A stretch of DNA of 60,501 nucleotides from positions 1-60,501 of IMG/VR virus record IMGVR_UViG_3300028189_000001. One strand, given 5' to 3'. The notes below the pieces were generated by a model, which was given only the letters and a program-made list of their open reading frames with translations, did not search any database and was not told the DNA's origin. How positions within the stretch are numbered: position 1 is the stretch's first letter; the number at the start of each line of letters is the position of its first letter. Origin of the DNA: a virus (Duplodnaviria; Caudoviricetes). The translations under genes were made by a program, and so were the position numbers. This document shows, piece by piece, positions 15,072-25,095 of the stretch.

Positions 15072-18000
15072 TTACTTCTTTTTCTTGTTATAATCTTTAT
15101 ATAATTGCCTTAAGGTAACTCTTCTTATATCTTTATATAAAGGTAGTATACCAATTAAACCTAAAGCATCTACTGTTCCTCTTACTTTTAATTCCTTAAT
15201 ATTTTTCTGTCGAGTATCCCATCGGTTACTTGATGTGGCTCTTTGAGCCAAGGTTCCTGCTCTGATTCCTCCTTTAATGTAAGGAGACATCGCACCTGAA
15301 AACCCTTGAATTAAAGTTTTAGAAATGTTACCCTCTGTTAAATCTTGAAACGATACAGGAGAGAACAGTATAGAATGCTCAAATGAATCATAGTCTTGGT
15401 CAGGATAAGACCTTAAAAAACCTCCATGTTCTTTATTCATGGCTTCAACTCCCCAAGCTATAGGCATACGTCCTATTGCTCCTAGATTACGTTGCAATAA
15501 TAGTGTGGCTATTGAACCCGTCAACTGTCGCTTCATCAAAGCCGTGTAGTCTATTTCCTCTTCTTCAAAGTCATCAAATAGCATACTGCCTAGCATGACA
15601 TCAAACATTTCCCTAAGTAAAGAATACATTACCATATAACTAGACATCCTTAGTGTGGCTGCTGCTATTAAGGCTAAGCCTTTACGTCTACTTATTTTCC
15701 CTCCATACACTAACCCTAGGATACCATCTCTAAATGTGGTATATTCATATATCATAAAGGTCTGCATAAATCCGTTTATCTTTTTCCAAAGAACGGTAGC
15801 AGTATTGTCATCAGGGTTTATCTTCCCACTAAGTACACCATTAAATATATTAACAGAGGTGGCTGCCATTGTTACTTCTTTATCAGCCTTAAGTCTAGCT
15901 TTTTTAATAGCTGCTTTATGTTCTTTCAAGTAAGCCTTGTCATTTTCTCTGATAGCATCAAAGTTAATGTCTTGACCACTCTCTTTCTTAAACTCAATAG
16001 CCATTGTTCCAAACCAAAGAGGTCTAGATACCATCATATCAGGTGTTGATATCAGACCTGTGTGAAGGTAGTCTATACCTTTTAGAGGATAGTTTAAATA
16101 TTTTCCTACAACAGAGGTTACCCTACCTGCAACTCCTTTTGCTTTAGCTTTTTTTACAGACTGCTTTGTATCAAACATAGTTGACTCCATGAATTTACCT
16201 AAAGCTTTTCTACCAAATGCTTTGTTAGTGGCTTCAGACAGTGAATTACTCATAATATCCCTACTGTCTGCTCTCATTGAAAGGTTAGCGTATTTACTTA
16301 TACCTACACCATATCCTTTAGGCTGTGCTATCAGTACATACCCTAAGTTAGAAGAAAATTCAGCACCTGCTCTAGGTATGGACGCAAGTAAAGCTTTATA
16401 TCCTATACCTTCCATTCTAGCCAATACACTATTTTTTTTATGAGCCATATTAGAATCGAAAGCTATTTTTAATGCCTCATTAAAAGCATCTCTAACAGCT
16501 ATTAGCGATTCTAAATGTTCTTCGTTTATTTCTGGTTCATTGGATGCTTTGTATATAGCTTTATTTATGGTTCTCTGAATTGTTTTCACAGGATTTGTCA
16601 TATGAAAATCAAGTAGCGTTTCTCTTGCTCCATTTAATGTAGCGGCTAATGGGTCAAAGTTTATATTTTTAACACCCTCTGTTCTTTCTTGTAATGTGCC
16701 TGCCTTTATTGATGCTGATTTAAACCTGTTAAATATTTTTGATACAGCTTGGTTAGCTTGCTTTTCATTAGCATACACAGTATCGTGACGTATATAATTG
16801 TTATACATTGTAGGTCTGCTACCTCCTATGGTTGCTCCTGCATGTAAAGCTTTCTCATATACCACTTCATTAGTTTTGTCAACAACCTTAATCATTTCTT
16901 TTTGAAGAGGGTCAAGCGAATTAAATAATTTCTCTGCTGATATTTCACCATTTTCATCTTGGATACTTTTATCACTAAGAATTTTCTCAAATATTACTTG
17001 GTCTTTCTTATCATAGTATGATACCTCTCTCTTCTTTATACCATCTATCTGAGCTTCAAGAGCTTGTTTACCTGAGAATGTTGTACTCTCTTTACTAGGA
17101 TTTGAATCCCTCTCACGCTGAAGTAGATAGGTCATTACCCTCCACTTGAACTCAGCTATTTTATTAGGATTTCCTATGAATTTATTGTCAATTTTATTGT
17201 CAATATACAATATCTTTTCAGCCAACTTATCTACCTCTGCTCCAAACTTTGACATACTTACACCAGCCTTGCCAAATATCTCATTATATATAGCATGGTC
17301 TTCATGGTTACCAAACACAGCATCTATAGAGTGAAGAGGATTATTAGTTATAGCACTAAGCTCTTTGGTTTTATTCCCAAAAATATACGACCTAATTTTA
17401 GCTGTAGCTTTTTCCACCATAAGCTTTATGCCTCCTTCTGTCTTGTCATATAATATCTCTGACGCTGGTAAAGATTCAGCCTCAATGGCTACGTTGTTTC
17501 CGTATGCAGAAAAGTACCCATTTTTTATTTGGTCTAGTAAATCAGGTATATTTTCTAGCATACTTAAAGGCATTTTCTGTAGCTCCACCTTCTTTAATAG
17601 CTCTAATAAGTAATCTGCCCGCTCATTGTCATACTCATTCTCTGTTGTTTCTTCTACCTTAAAGTCTTTAAGCAAGGTTTTTATTTCTTTCTCAAGCTCC
17701 TCTTTTCTCTCTTGTATTTCTTCCTCAGTTTTAGGTTCACTCTTTAGTGAAGGAAGAATAAGGCTTTTATATTGCCTTATAATGTTAGCGGTTTCTTCAT
17801 CTAACTCACCTTCTTTAACCATTCTAGCAATGGTCTTAGCAAAGTCCACCTTGATACCGTCTTCACCCAAAGCTAGGTTAGGCGATGACATTATAAGACT
17901 GTTGTACAGTGGGATTTTTTCATATACATTACTAACTTCTTCTAATATTTTTTCTGCTTTAGCTACAATAATATCCTTCTGTTCAGGAGTAAGTACAGCT

Positions 18001-21000
18001 TTAGATGAACCGAATTGATTTACTAAAGATACATAATCTTCTAGAACAGAAGCGGGTATAAGCTTAGCTCTAATACTAAACACAGAGTCAAGTAAATCAA
18101 ATGTTGCATTTATAGCACCCACTTTCTTTCTTATATTCTGCTTAGCTTTCTTGCGTATCTTATCACTGCGTACCATTCTCTCAGCTAATTCAGCCTTCTC
18201 AAATATTTTTTGAGTAAACTCTGTGAAATTCTCTACTTGCTTAGAACTAAACACATTAAGTTTCATAGCTTTTTCAGACAGAACAAGTGCTTGATACTGT
18301 GTGAGCTTGCCTATTGTTCTTAATTCTTTTATAGTTTTAATTATTTCTTTAGCTATTCTAGTTCTTTCTTTCAAGGTGTTTCTAGCCTGAGATGCTGATA
18401 ACTTTATCTGCTCTATCAATGAAGTATACTCTTCAGTTGCTACCTGACTATCAACTGTACCCTTATCAACAGCAGTTTGTAATTGACTCTTGATACCGTT
18501 AACAAATCTAGTTATGGTAGCCTTAAGGTTATTTACTTGTTTATCTGTAAGATTTTTTCTTTTATTCCACTTTTCTAGTAGCTCCTGTGCTCTTGATTTT
18601 TGCTCCTTGTTACCATTAAGTAAAGCCTCGTTTAGTTTCTGGGCATACTTTTCAGTAACCTTCTTAGTAGGTGCAACCTTCTTAGTAGGTGCAACCTTCT
18701 TAGGTGTAACCTTCTTAGTAGGTGTAACCTTCTTAGTAGGTGTAACCTTCTTAGTAGGTGCAACCTTCTTAGGTGCAACCTTCTTAGGTGCAAGATTTTT
18801 TTCTCTTAGCTTGCTTAAATCTTTTTTGTTTTTTTCATTATCTACATTAAAACTTGCTGATGCTCTCCAATAATTTTCATTTATATTTTTCTTCTCTTCA
18901 TTGTACTTATCAGTAGAATATATATTCACCCAACCTTCTAACTCCTTAATCTCATTATTATGGTTTTTCTTTAAGGCTTTTAATTTACCATCAACTTCAT
19001 CTATCTTATCTTGAATCTTTTTCTTCTTGTCAAGATAAACCTTATCTGTGCTTTCTACCATAATAGGTTCTGCTTTAGACCCTTTAGTAGATGTATCTTT
19101 GATAGCTTTTTTTAGTAATTGCATATCCCCTCGCCACAATGCAATCTTTTTATTACTAGCTTTAATAGAGTTATTTTTTACATTGGTTGTCCTAGCTAAA
19201 CTTTTTTTATGTTTATCTAAACTCTCCTTAGTTTTAGCATTCTCTATCTTCTTCTTAATATTTGTAGAGTTATCCTTAAATGTATTTAGTACTTTTGTTT
19301 TTTTCTGTTCCTCTGCTTCTATATTATTTTTTAACTCAGCGATAGCTAATTCGGTTGCCTCTTCTTTATCAGCTCTCTGAAACTTAGTATCACTCTCCTC
19401 GTCAGGTCTCCAACTAAAATTATTTTTCTCTTCGTTAGCCCACTCTGCTATCCTTTCAGACCGTAGTACCAGTGGGGGAGCGGCTTCTCTAAGTCCTCGT
19501 CCGCCATCTTGTCTCCATGCAGATAGCTCATCGCTAAGGATTGTGTTAGCTCTTCTCCCAAGGAGTTTGCGAATATCTCCGCTGCTTTTAATGATTCTAA
19601 GTCCACTATCTGTCGCCCATTTTGGGAATCGTTTTCTTGTTTCTTCCTCATTTCTAAAGTATTGTATTGATGAAATTATTAATGACCTTTCTTCTTGTGT
19701 TATGTTTCCTTCTTCTATCTCTTTTACCAAAGCCTCAGATAAATCAAAGAAGTATTTTTTCTCATCATTTGTTCTTTGAGCATTGTTAACTCCAAAGGCT
19801 CTCTGAGCTTCCCAAGTAATTGATTGTAACTCTCTCGCACTTAACCCAACCTCTGCTGCTACTTCTTGGTATGCTTCTTTTATAACATCATACATAGCAG
19901 ATTTACCTTGGTCAAATAACTTGATGCCACCTGCATCATTTACAGAAGCAGGCAGGTTTAAAGCTACGGAAGCTGCGTGAGTATCTGCTGTTATGTAATC
20001 GTTCTCATGGTCAGGGTGTAGAATGTTATTTATAAAGTTTCTAACCTTATTCCCGTAACCTATTTGCACTGAGACATTCTCTCTACTGCCATCTAAGTAT
20101 AGACTAATAGCCTTAGCTATCTCGCTGTTTGAATTCCAAGTAATGGGTGTGCTGTTAAGCACAATATTACCTTTCTCATCCTTAAGTATCTTGCCATTAG
20201 GGTCTGTCTGAGCTACCCCAGAACTATTGTTCGCTTGGTCTTTTATTCTAACAACAGTAGCTACCTGCTGTAGTCTGTTTATGTAATCATTATCAGCCTC
20301 ACCTTTACCTTGAGGTGCAAGCAACTCGTCTATTGTCATTCCAATAAATTCTTTTGCTGCATCAATAGATTTAAGGAAAGTGCTTTTGCTGTCATTACGA
20401 CCAACATAGTTCTTTACCTTTTGCCACTCTTCCTGTGTAAGAGGCTTATCATTTTGATTAGTAAGAACATCCAAGACTCTCTCGGCTCCTGATATATTGT
20501 TGAACCAATCATTTTGTGGGGATAGTACTGCAAGTATACCAGCTACTTGAGGTGTACTGAGTTTGCTACCATCAGGTTTTACATATGTATCCTGAAGGTT
20601 TCTAGCAATTCTATGAGCACCATTATACCACTTCTTTGAATTCTCTATAAATTCAGAGTCTAAGGTATTATATATACTTCTTATATTAGCCTTAGCCATT
20701 TCTTTAAAACCATCCATCACTTTTTTAGCTAAAGGAACCATAAACTTTTCAGTCCAATCAGACTTTTTATCCATTCCACTTTCCTTAAAAAGCTCCTTAT
20801 GATTATCTCTAAGGCGTGATAATTCCTTGGCTTCTCCCATCATTGAAAAGGGTAGAGAAAACTTGGATGAAAATATAACTTTTTTAATTGCTCTATCAAT
20901 GTTATTTTTATCCTTAGCCTCAGCTTCTTTAGCTGTGATGCCGTGCTTTTCTTCAGAATCCTTATAAGTTACACCTTTGTTCCATGTATATATTCCTTTT

Positions 21001-24000
21001 GCTATACTTGTAGCCATACCTAGAATATGAGAATTAACTTGACTCTTTGCATTATTCAATTGGTCTTGAATACTACCATTACCAAGTTCTGTGTGCTTTG
21101 TATCTCCTCCTATTTTTTTCTTGTCGGCAACAGAAGGTATAGCATCTTCTTTCTTTCCTTTGAAGTCATACTTTTCTTCACCAGTTACGTTTAGGTTAGT
21201 AACATCTTCTATCTGTAATTTTGTCTCATCTTCAGAAATCTCAACTGCGTCCTTCTGCTGACGGGCTTTAGGGAGTTGGGGAGTTGCTGAAGTCTCAGTA
21301 ACCAATGGAGATTGCTTTATATCTCTACCTTTAGCAATGGCATTTAACAAAGTTTTTGTTTCACCTGCTGTGGATACACTAACACCTTTTACTCTTAACT
21401 TGTTTAAGATTCTATTAAGCCACTTCATTATCAGCTCTTTAACGCTCAGTGACATACTATCATAATTCTGAGCAAGTATGCCTGCTAATTCTGCCAGCAT
21501 TTCCTCTTTCTGGCTAGACTTTTTATAATTCTTAGCAAATTTTTCTAGTTTTATTTTAATATCTCCATCAACCTTACCTATAATAGAGTCAAGCATTCTG
21601 CTTGTAAGTTCAATTATTTCCTTATTACTAAGGTCACCACTATCTAATACAGCATGAAGCACTTCATGTGCTACAGTTCTAGGGTTAGCCTTCTCACTAT
21701 TAATATATATAACGCCTTTACTATAAGCACCTGCACCTGTTTGTCTTTGAGCCTTAGTTCCACCCATCCTTTCATCGTTACTAAAATCCTCAGTGCTGTC
21801 GTGTATAACAAATTTTACATTAGGAAAGCTTTTCTTAAGAGCTTTTTTATATTTTTTTACCTGCTTAGTAACCTCTTTTATACCAATGCTTTTTTGGCTA
21901 GTATCCTCCTCTACAATGTTAGGACTCTCCTGAGCCTCTTCTGCTTTAGCTTCTTCTGCTACCACCTCAATGAGCTGAGTCCTTGGTTGACCTGACCAAT
22001 CATACCCTACCTCGAAAGTTTTCGCACCATCTTTTGTTTTTACAACAGAAACATTGTCAGTCTTTTTATTGAGCTTATTCTTGAATGTAAAGTTATCATC
22101 ACCTTTAATTCTTAGTTGTGCTGTTCCATCTTGAAATACTAAACCCTCTGAATGAGCAACTGACTCTTGGTTAAATGTTTTAGCAAACTCAACAGCATGC
22201 TCCAATGATAGGTTAGGAACAAAATAAGAGTTCTCTGCTGTTCCATACTTACCCGTAAGCCTCCGAGGTGTATATCCTTTTTGCTTTAACCAAACCCAAG
22301 CTTTTTTATTAAGCGATGCATTCTCCTCTTCTGTTAATGGCTGAGCCTCAGGATTCTCACCAGTCAATATACCAAACTCTCCATCTAACTCTTCCTTTAA
22401 CTGCTCAATATCTTCTTCTTTTAATTCAGCAACAGAATCCTCTACATATTTTGGTTTTGTTCTAGCTGACTTTCTCTCAGCTTTTTGTTTTTCTGTAGGC
22501 ATCTTAACTCTTACACCTGCTATAAGAACATCACCGTCTTTGTCTTCTTTTGTGTCAGTCTCAAATGTAGCTTGCTCAATCTCAGCACCTTCATTGATTT
22601 CGTTCCGAAGGATTTCGTATACCTCAGTATAAACTTCTTGGTCTGTCTTACCTTCAGTATCAAGACTTTCCTTAACCTCAGCACCTTTGTCTCCAAAGAC
22701 TTCATCAACAGCGTTTGTGTAGTCTATAGAGTTCATTATCTCTGCCTTAGCATCAGATAAAACATTTATAGACTCCTGAAACTCAGCAGCTTCTTGTTTG
22801 CTTAAAGTTGCTCTATGCTTTTTTAGTTTTATATCAATTTGCTTAGGACTATCAGTTCTCTCAACACCTGCCTGTTTCAGTAATTTTGACATGAGGTTGT
22901 CGTATGTTAAAAGGTCACCAACTTTTTTTCCTCCTAGCAAAACAACATCCGCCTCTGCGTTCTTAACAAGACCGCTTATTTTCTCTACCAAGTTATTAAT
23001 CTTATTGTGTACCGCTGACCTTTGAGTGTCGCTCAATGGAGCGTTAAGCATACTCTTGTACCCATCTATTATATCGAACGCTTTTTTGAGTTGGTTCTTG
23101 TACTTTTTTATACCTACATCCTCCATAATCTTAGAGTAAGCTATGGAAGGAGCTGAGGAACCTGCTGAGGAAATAATTGATGTCACAGCAACATCATCTA
23201 ACTGGGAGAAGTCTACATCGTCACCCAAAATAAGACCATTAGAAAGTTGATATAATGACTCTATTGAAGTCTCCTCTACAATCTCTGAAGTTGTACGTTT
23301 ACCTAATTCTAATACAGGTTTCCATCCTGATTTGTTTCCGTTAAGAACACCATAAACAAACTTGTTAGGCTTGACTTTAGATAAGTCCTTAAGTATTTTC
23401 ATTGAGTTAGGAACTGTACCAACAAATCTTGTTATACTTCCTTCCACAAAACCAGCAGCAACGGCAGCTCTTATGAGGTCTTCCTCAGATATGTCTGATA
23501 TTTTTCTCTGTCTTTCAAGTTGATACTTCTGTTGGTTGTACTCTGATTCAGGTAATATATTCTTATTTTCCTCCAACTCTAACAATGCATCATCTATATC
23601 ACCTAATGCTCCTTGTCTTTCTTTCAGGTCTGCATATGTAGCACCATAAGACGATACTCCAAATATTCCTGCTGTAGTTGTAGCCACAGGTAACCCTAAG
23701 GTTCCTCCTGATGCTCCAATACCTATAGCCATTAATGTGTAAGGTAGCTGTGTTGTAAACTCTCTAGTGGCAAACTCCCAAGCGTTACCGTCATCAGCAA
23801 AAGCCTCCTTATATGTTTCCTTAATTGGAGTTGTAGCATAATACTCTTCTACCCTTTCCTTCTTATGCTCTAATATCTCGTTTATGTTTGCGTCTCTTTG
23901 TTTAGGGTCTCCAAAGCCTAATCCTTTATTAAGGGAATTCAAGGCAATTGATACATCTTCAGCTAACCCTACTGTTGTGAACATAAAGTCCTTACCTAAA

Positions 24001-25067
24001 GTATTCAATAAATTGTAATCTTTTTGTGCAGCTCCTAAATAATCACCAAGCTCTTGGGATTTTCCTAAAGCATCCCTAATTTCTTGTGTCTTTAATTTAT
24101 AAAGCTTCTCTCCTTCTTGCTGAAGCTTTAGTAACTCTTGATTTATTGCTCTGGTTACCGTCTCTTGATATGGTGTAGGGTTATTTATTTTAATCTGCAC
24201 AACAGGAAATCCATCGTCTTTACTTAATGTAGCAACTTCAAACATCTGACCTTCTTGTATGTCCAAATCATCAGGTATGCTTTTAAGCATAGATGTAGTC
24301 ATGCTGTCTACTGAATCTGTATACCACTGTAAAAATGCCGCAAGTTCTAATGTTCCACTTTCTGCTTTTTGATTCGTAAGGGTAAATCTTTCTTGTAAAA
24401 TTTTTTTTACTTTCTTTCTTACCTCTTCAGGTAATTCCCCCATAACTTTTTCTATAGCAATATCTTTCTGACGGTCTTGCATAGCTAAAGAGATATTGCC
24501 TCTCTGCATCTCCTCCCACTCACTAACTGTCTCAGGAGAGAATTTCTGATATTGAATTGTTTTTATCTCTTCAGGAGTATAGTCTCTGTATACTTGTTTT
24601 GGAACAGACATAGCACCATCAGGTGTGTATTCCATTACATCCTTTATCTCATACACACCACCTTTTCTTTCAGACTCTGTTAATTCAACTATCTCTCCTT
24701 TTTGTTCGGCATACTTAGATAAATCCAAAAGGTAGTCCGTGTTATATAGAGCTTCATTTAGCCTATTTTCATCTATTTCTAGGGAACGTTTATTAACTTT
24801 ATCAAGCTTTTGAATTAATGGGTCAATATCATAAAGAGGAGTAGACTTTCCATACTCCCTATAAAGCTCACCCAACTCACTAACCTCGTCTTGTTTTAGT
24901 AGATAATTAAAAGCCTCCTGTTTACCTAACACTGACTCGCCCAAGTGATTATAAATTTTATCTCTATACTCTTGACTTGTGGCTATAAGCTTATCAAAGC
25001 TCTCTTTCTTACCTAACACTGACTCGCCCAAGTAATTATATAATTTATCTCTATACCTTTTGTCCAT
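15072..25067 (-). CDS. Giant polyvalent virion/ejected protein (DUF3293-like, zincin HExxH, HhH glycosylase-like, Lys-rich repeats)
   Basis: 3331 aa; FGILTGENP...FNQESV; AHEVLH...EEMLAE; KWY...LSPQNDW...ADTH...QSITW; position at the end of the structural operon. Confidence 0.75.
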   Translation of the reverse strand: MDKRYRDKLYNYLGESVLGKKESFDKLIATSQEYRDKIYNHLGESVLGKQEAFNYLLKQDEVSELGELYREYGKSTPLYDIDPLIQKLDKVNKRSLEIDENRLNEALYNTDYLLDLSKYAEQKGEIVELTESERKGGVYEIKDVMEYTPDGAMSVPKQVYRDYTPEEIKTIQYQKFSPETVSEWEEMQRGNISLAMQDRQKDIAIEKVMGELPEEVRKKVKKILQERFTLTNQKAESGTLELAAFLQWYTDSVDSMTTSMLKSIPDDLDIQEGQMFEVATLSKDDGFPVVQIKINNPTPYQETVTRAINQELLKLQQEGEKLYKLKTQEIRDALGKSQELGDYLGAAQKDYNLLNTLGKDFMFTTVGLAEDVSIALNSLNKGLGFGDPKQRDANINEILEHKKERVEEYYATTPIKETYKEAFADDGNAWEFATREFTTQLPYTLMAIGIGASGGTLGLPVATTTAGIFGVSSYGATYADLKERQGALGDIDDALLELEENKNILPESEYNQQKYQLERQRKISDISEEDLIRAAVAAGFVEGSITRFVGTVPNSMKILKDLSKVKPNKFVYGVLNGNKSGWKPVLELGKRTTSEIVEETSIESLYQLSNGLILGDDVDFSQLDDVAVTSIISSAGSSAPSIAYSKIMEDVGIKKYKNQLKKAFDIIDGYKSMLNAPLSDTQRSAVHNKINNLVEKISGLVKNAEADVVLLGGKKVGDLLTYDNLMSKLLKQAGVERTDSPKQIDIKLKKHRATLSKQEAAEFQESINVLSDAKAEIMNSIDYTNAVDEVFGDKGAEVKESLDTEGKTDQEVYTEVYEILRNEINEGAEIEQATFETDTKEDKDGDVLIAGVRVKMPTEKQKAERKSARTKPKYVEDSVAELKEEDIEQLKEELDGEFGILTGENPEAQPLTEEENASLNKKAWVWLKQKGYTPRRLTGKYGTAENSYFVPNLSLEHAVEFAKTFNQESVAHSEGLVFQDGTAQLRIKGDDNFTFKNKLNKKTDNVSVVKTKDGAKTFEVGYDWSGQPRTQLIEVVAEEAKAEEAQESPNIVEEDTSQKSIGIKEVTKQVKKYKKALKKSFPNVKFVIHDSTEDFSNDERMGGTKAQRQTGAGAYSKGVIYINSEKANPRTVAHEVLHAVLDSGDLSNKEIIELTSRMLDSIIGKVDGDIKIKLEKFAKNYKKSSQKEEMLAELAGILAQNYDSMSLSVKELIMKWLNRILNKLRVKGVSVSTAGETKTLLNAIAKGRDIKQSPLVTETSATPQLPKARQQKDAVEISEDETKLQIEDVTNLNVTGEEKYDFKGKKEDAIPSVADKKKIGGDTKHTELGNGSIQDQLNNAKSQVNSHILGMATSIAKGIYTWNKGVTYKDSEEKHGITAKEAEAKDKNNIDRAIKKVIFSSKFSLPFSMMGEAKELSRLRDNHKELFKESGMDKKSDWTEKFMVPLAKKVMDGFKEMAKANIRSIYNTLDSEFIENSKKWYNGAHRIARNLQDTYVKPDGSKLSTPQVAGILAVLSPQNDWFNNISGAERVLDVLTNQNDKPLTQEEWQKVKNYVGRNDSKSTFLKSIDAAKEFIGMTIDELLAPQGKGEADNDYINRLQQVATVVRIKDQANNSSGVAQTDPNGKILKDEKGNIVLNSTPITWNSNSEIAKAISLYLDGSRENVSVQIGYGNKVRNFINNILHPDHENDYITADTHAASVALNLPASVNDAGGIKLFDQGKSAMYDVIKEAYQEVAAEVGLSARELQSITWEAQRAFGVNNAQRTNDEKKYFFDLSEALVKEIEEGNITQEERSLIISSIQYFRNEEETRKRFPKWATDSGLRIIKSSGDIRKLLGRRANTILSDELSAWRQDGGRGLREAAPPLVLRSERIAEWANEEKNNFSWRPDEESDTKFQRADKEEATELAIAELKNNIEAEEQKKTKVLNTFKDNSTNIKKKIENAKTKESLDKHKKSLARTTNVKNNSIKASNKKIALWRGDMQLLKKAIKDTSTKGSKAEPIMVESTDKVYLDKKKKIQDKIDEVDGKLKALKKNHNNEIKELEGWVNIYSTDKYNEEKKNINENYWRASASFNVDNEKNKKDLSKLREKNLAPKKVAPKKVAPTKKVTPTKKVTPTKKVTPKKVAPTKKVAPTKKVTEKYAQKLNEALLNGNKEQKSRAQELLEKWNKRKNLTDKQVNNLKATITRFVNGIKSQLQTAVDKGTVDSQVATEEYTSLIEQIKLSASQARNTLKERTRIAKEIIKTIKELRTIGKLTQYQALVLSEKAMKLNVFSSKQVENFTEFTQKIFEKAELAERMVRSDKIRKKAKQNIRKKVGAINATFDLLDSVFSIRAKLIPASVLEDYVSLVNQFGSSKAVLTPEQKDIIVAKAEKILEEVSNVYEKIPLYNSLIMSSPNLALGEDGIKVDFAKTIARMVKEGELDEETANIIRQYKSLILPSLKSEPKTEEEIQERKEELEKEIKTLLKDFKVEETTENEYDNERADYLLELLKKVELQKMPLSMLENIPDLLDQIKNGYFSAYGNNVAIEAESLPASEILYDKTEGGIKLMVEKATAKIRSYIFGNKTKELSAITNNPLHSIDAVFGNHEDHAIYNEIFGKAGVSMSKFGAEVDKLAEKILYIDNKIDNKFIGNPNKIAEFKWRVMTYLLQRERDSNPSKESTTFSGKQALEAQIDGIKKREVSYYDKKDQVIFEKILSDKSIQDENGEISAEKLFNSLDPLQKEMIKVVDKTNEVVYEKALHAGATIGGSRPTMYNNYIRHDTVYANEKQANQAVSKIFNRFKSASIKAGTLQERTEGVKNINFDPLAATLNGARETLLDFHMTNPVKTIQRTINKAIYKASNEPEINEEHLESLIAVRDAFNEALKIAFDSNMAHKKNSVLARMEGIGYKALLASIPRAGAEFSSNLGYVLIAQPKGYGVGISKYANLSMRADSRDIMSNSLSEATNKAFGRKALGKFMESTMFDTKQSVKKAKAKGVAGRVTSVVGKYLNYPLKGIDYLHTGLISTPDMMVSRPLWFGTMAIEFKKESGQDINFDAIRENDKAYLKEHKAAIKKARLKADKEVTMAATSVNIFNGVLSGKINPDDNTATVLWKKINGFMQTFMIYEYTTFRDGILGLVYGGKISRRKGLALIAAATLRMSSYMVMYSLLREMFDVMLGSMLFDDFEEEEIDYTALMKRQLTGSIATLLLQRNLGAIGRMPIAWGVEAMNKEHGGFLRSYPDQDYDSFEHSILFSPVSFQDLTEGNISKTLIQGFSGAMSPYIKGGIRAGTLAQRATSSNRWDTRQKNIKELKVRGTVDALGLIGILPLYKDIRRVTLRQLYKDYNKKKK
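18652..18792 (-). repeat. 15/18-bp tandem repeat encoding (A/T)P(T)KKV
   Basis: About eight units of AACCTTCTTAG(TAG)GTG(C/T) on the + strand. Confidence 0.9.
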
Positions 25068-25095
25068 CCTTTCGTGCTGTTATATTTATTTTTTT

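Noticed and set aside
18652-18792. CRISPR array
   Set aside because: Contiguous in-frame coding repeats without spacers; no cas genes
22530-22544. DKDGD as a crAss-like virion RNA polymerase catalytic motif
   Set aside because: It lies in an acidic low-complexity linker with no surrounding double-psi barrel motifs
15655-23025. Many + strand ORFs opposite the giant gene (and similar antisense ORFs over portal, groEL and fibres)
   Set aside because: Shadow ORFs with Ser/Leu/Phe-rich composition, no motifs, fully overlapping well-supported genes
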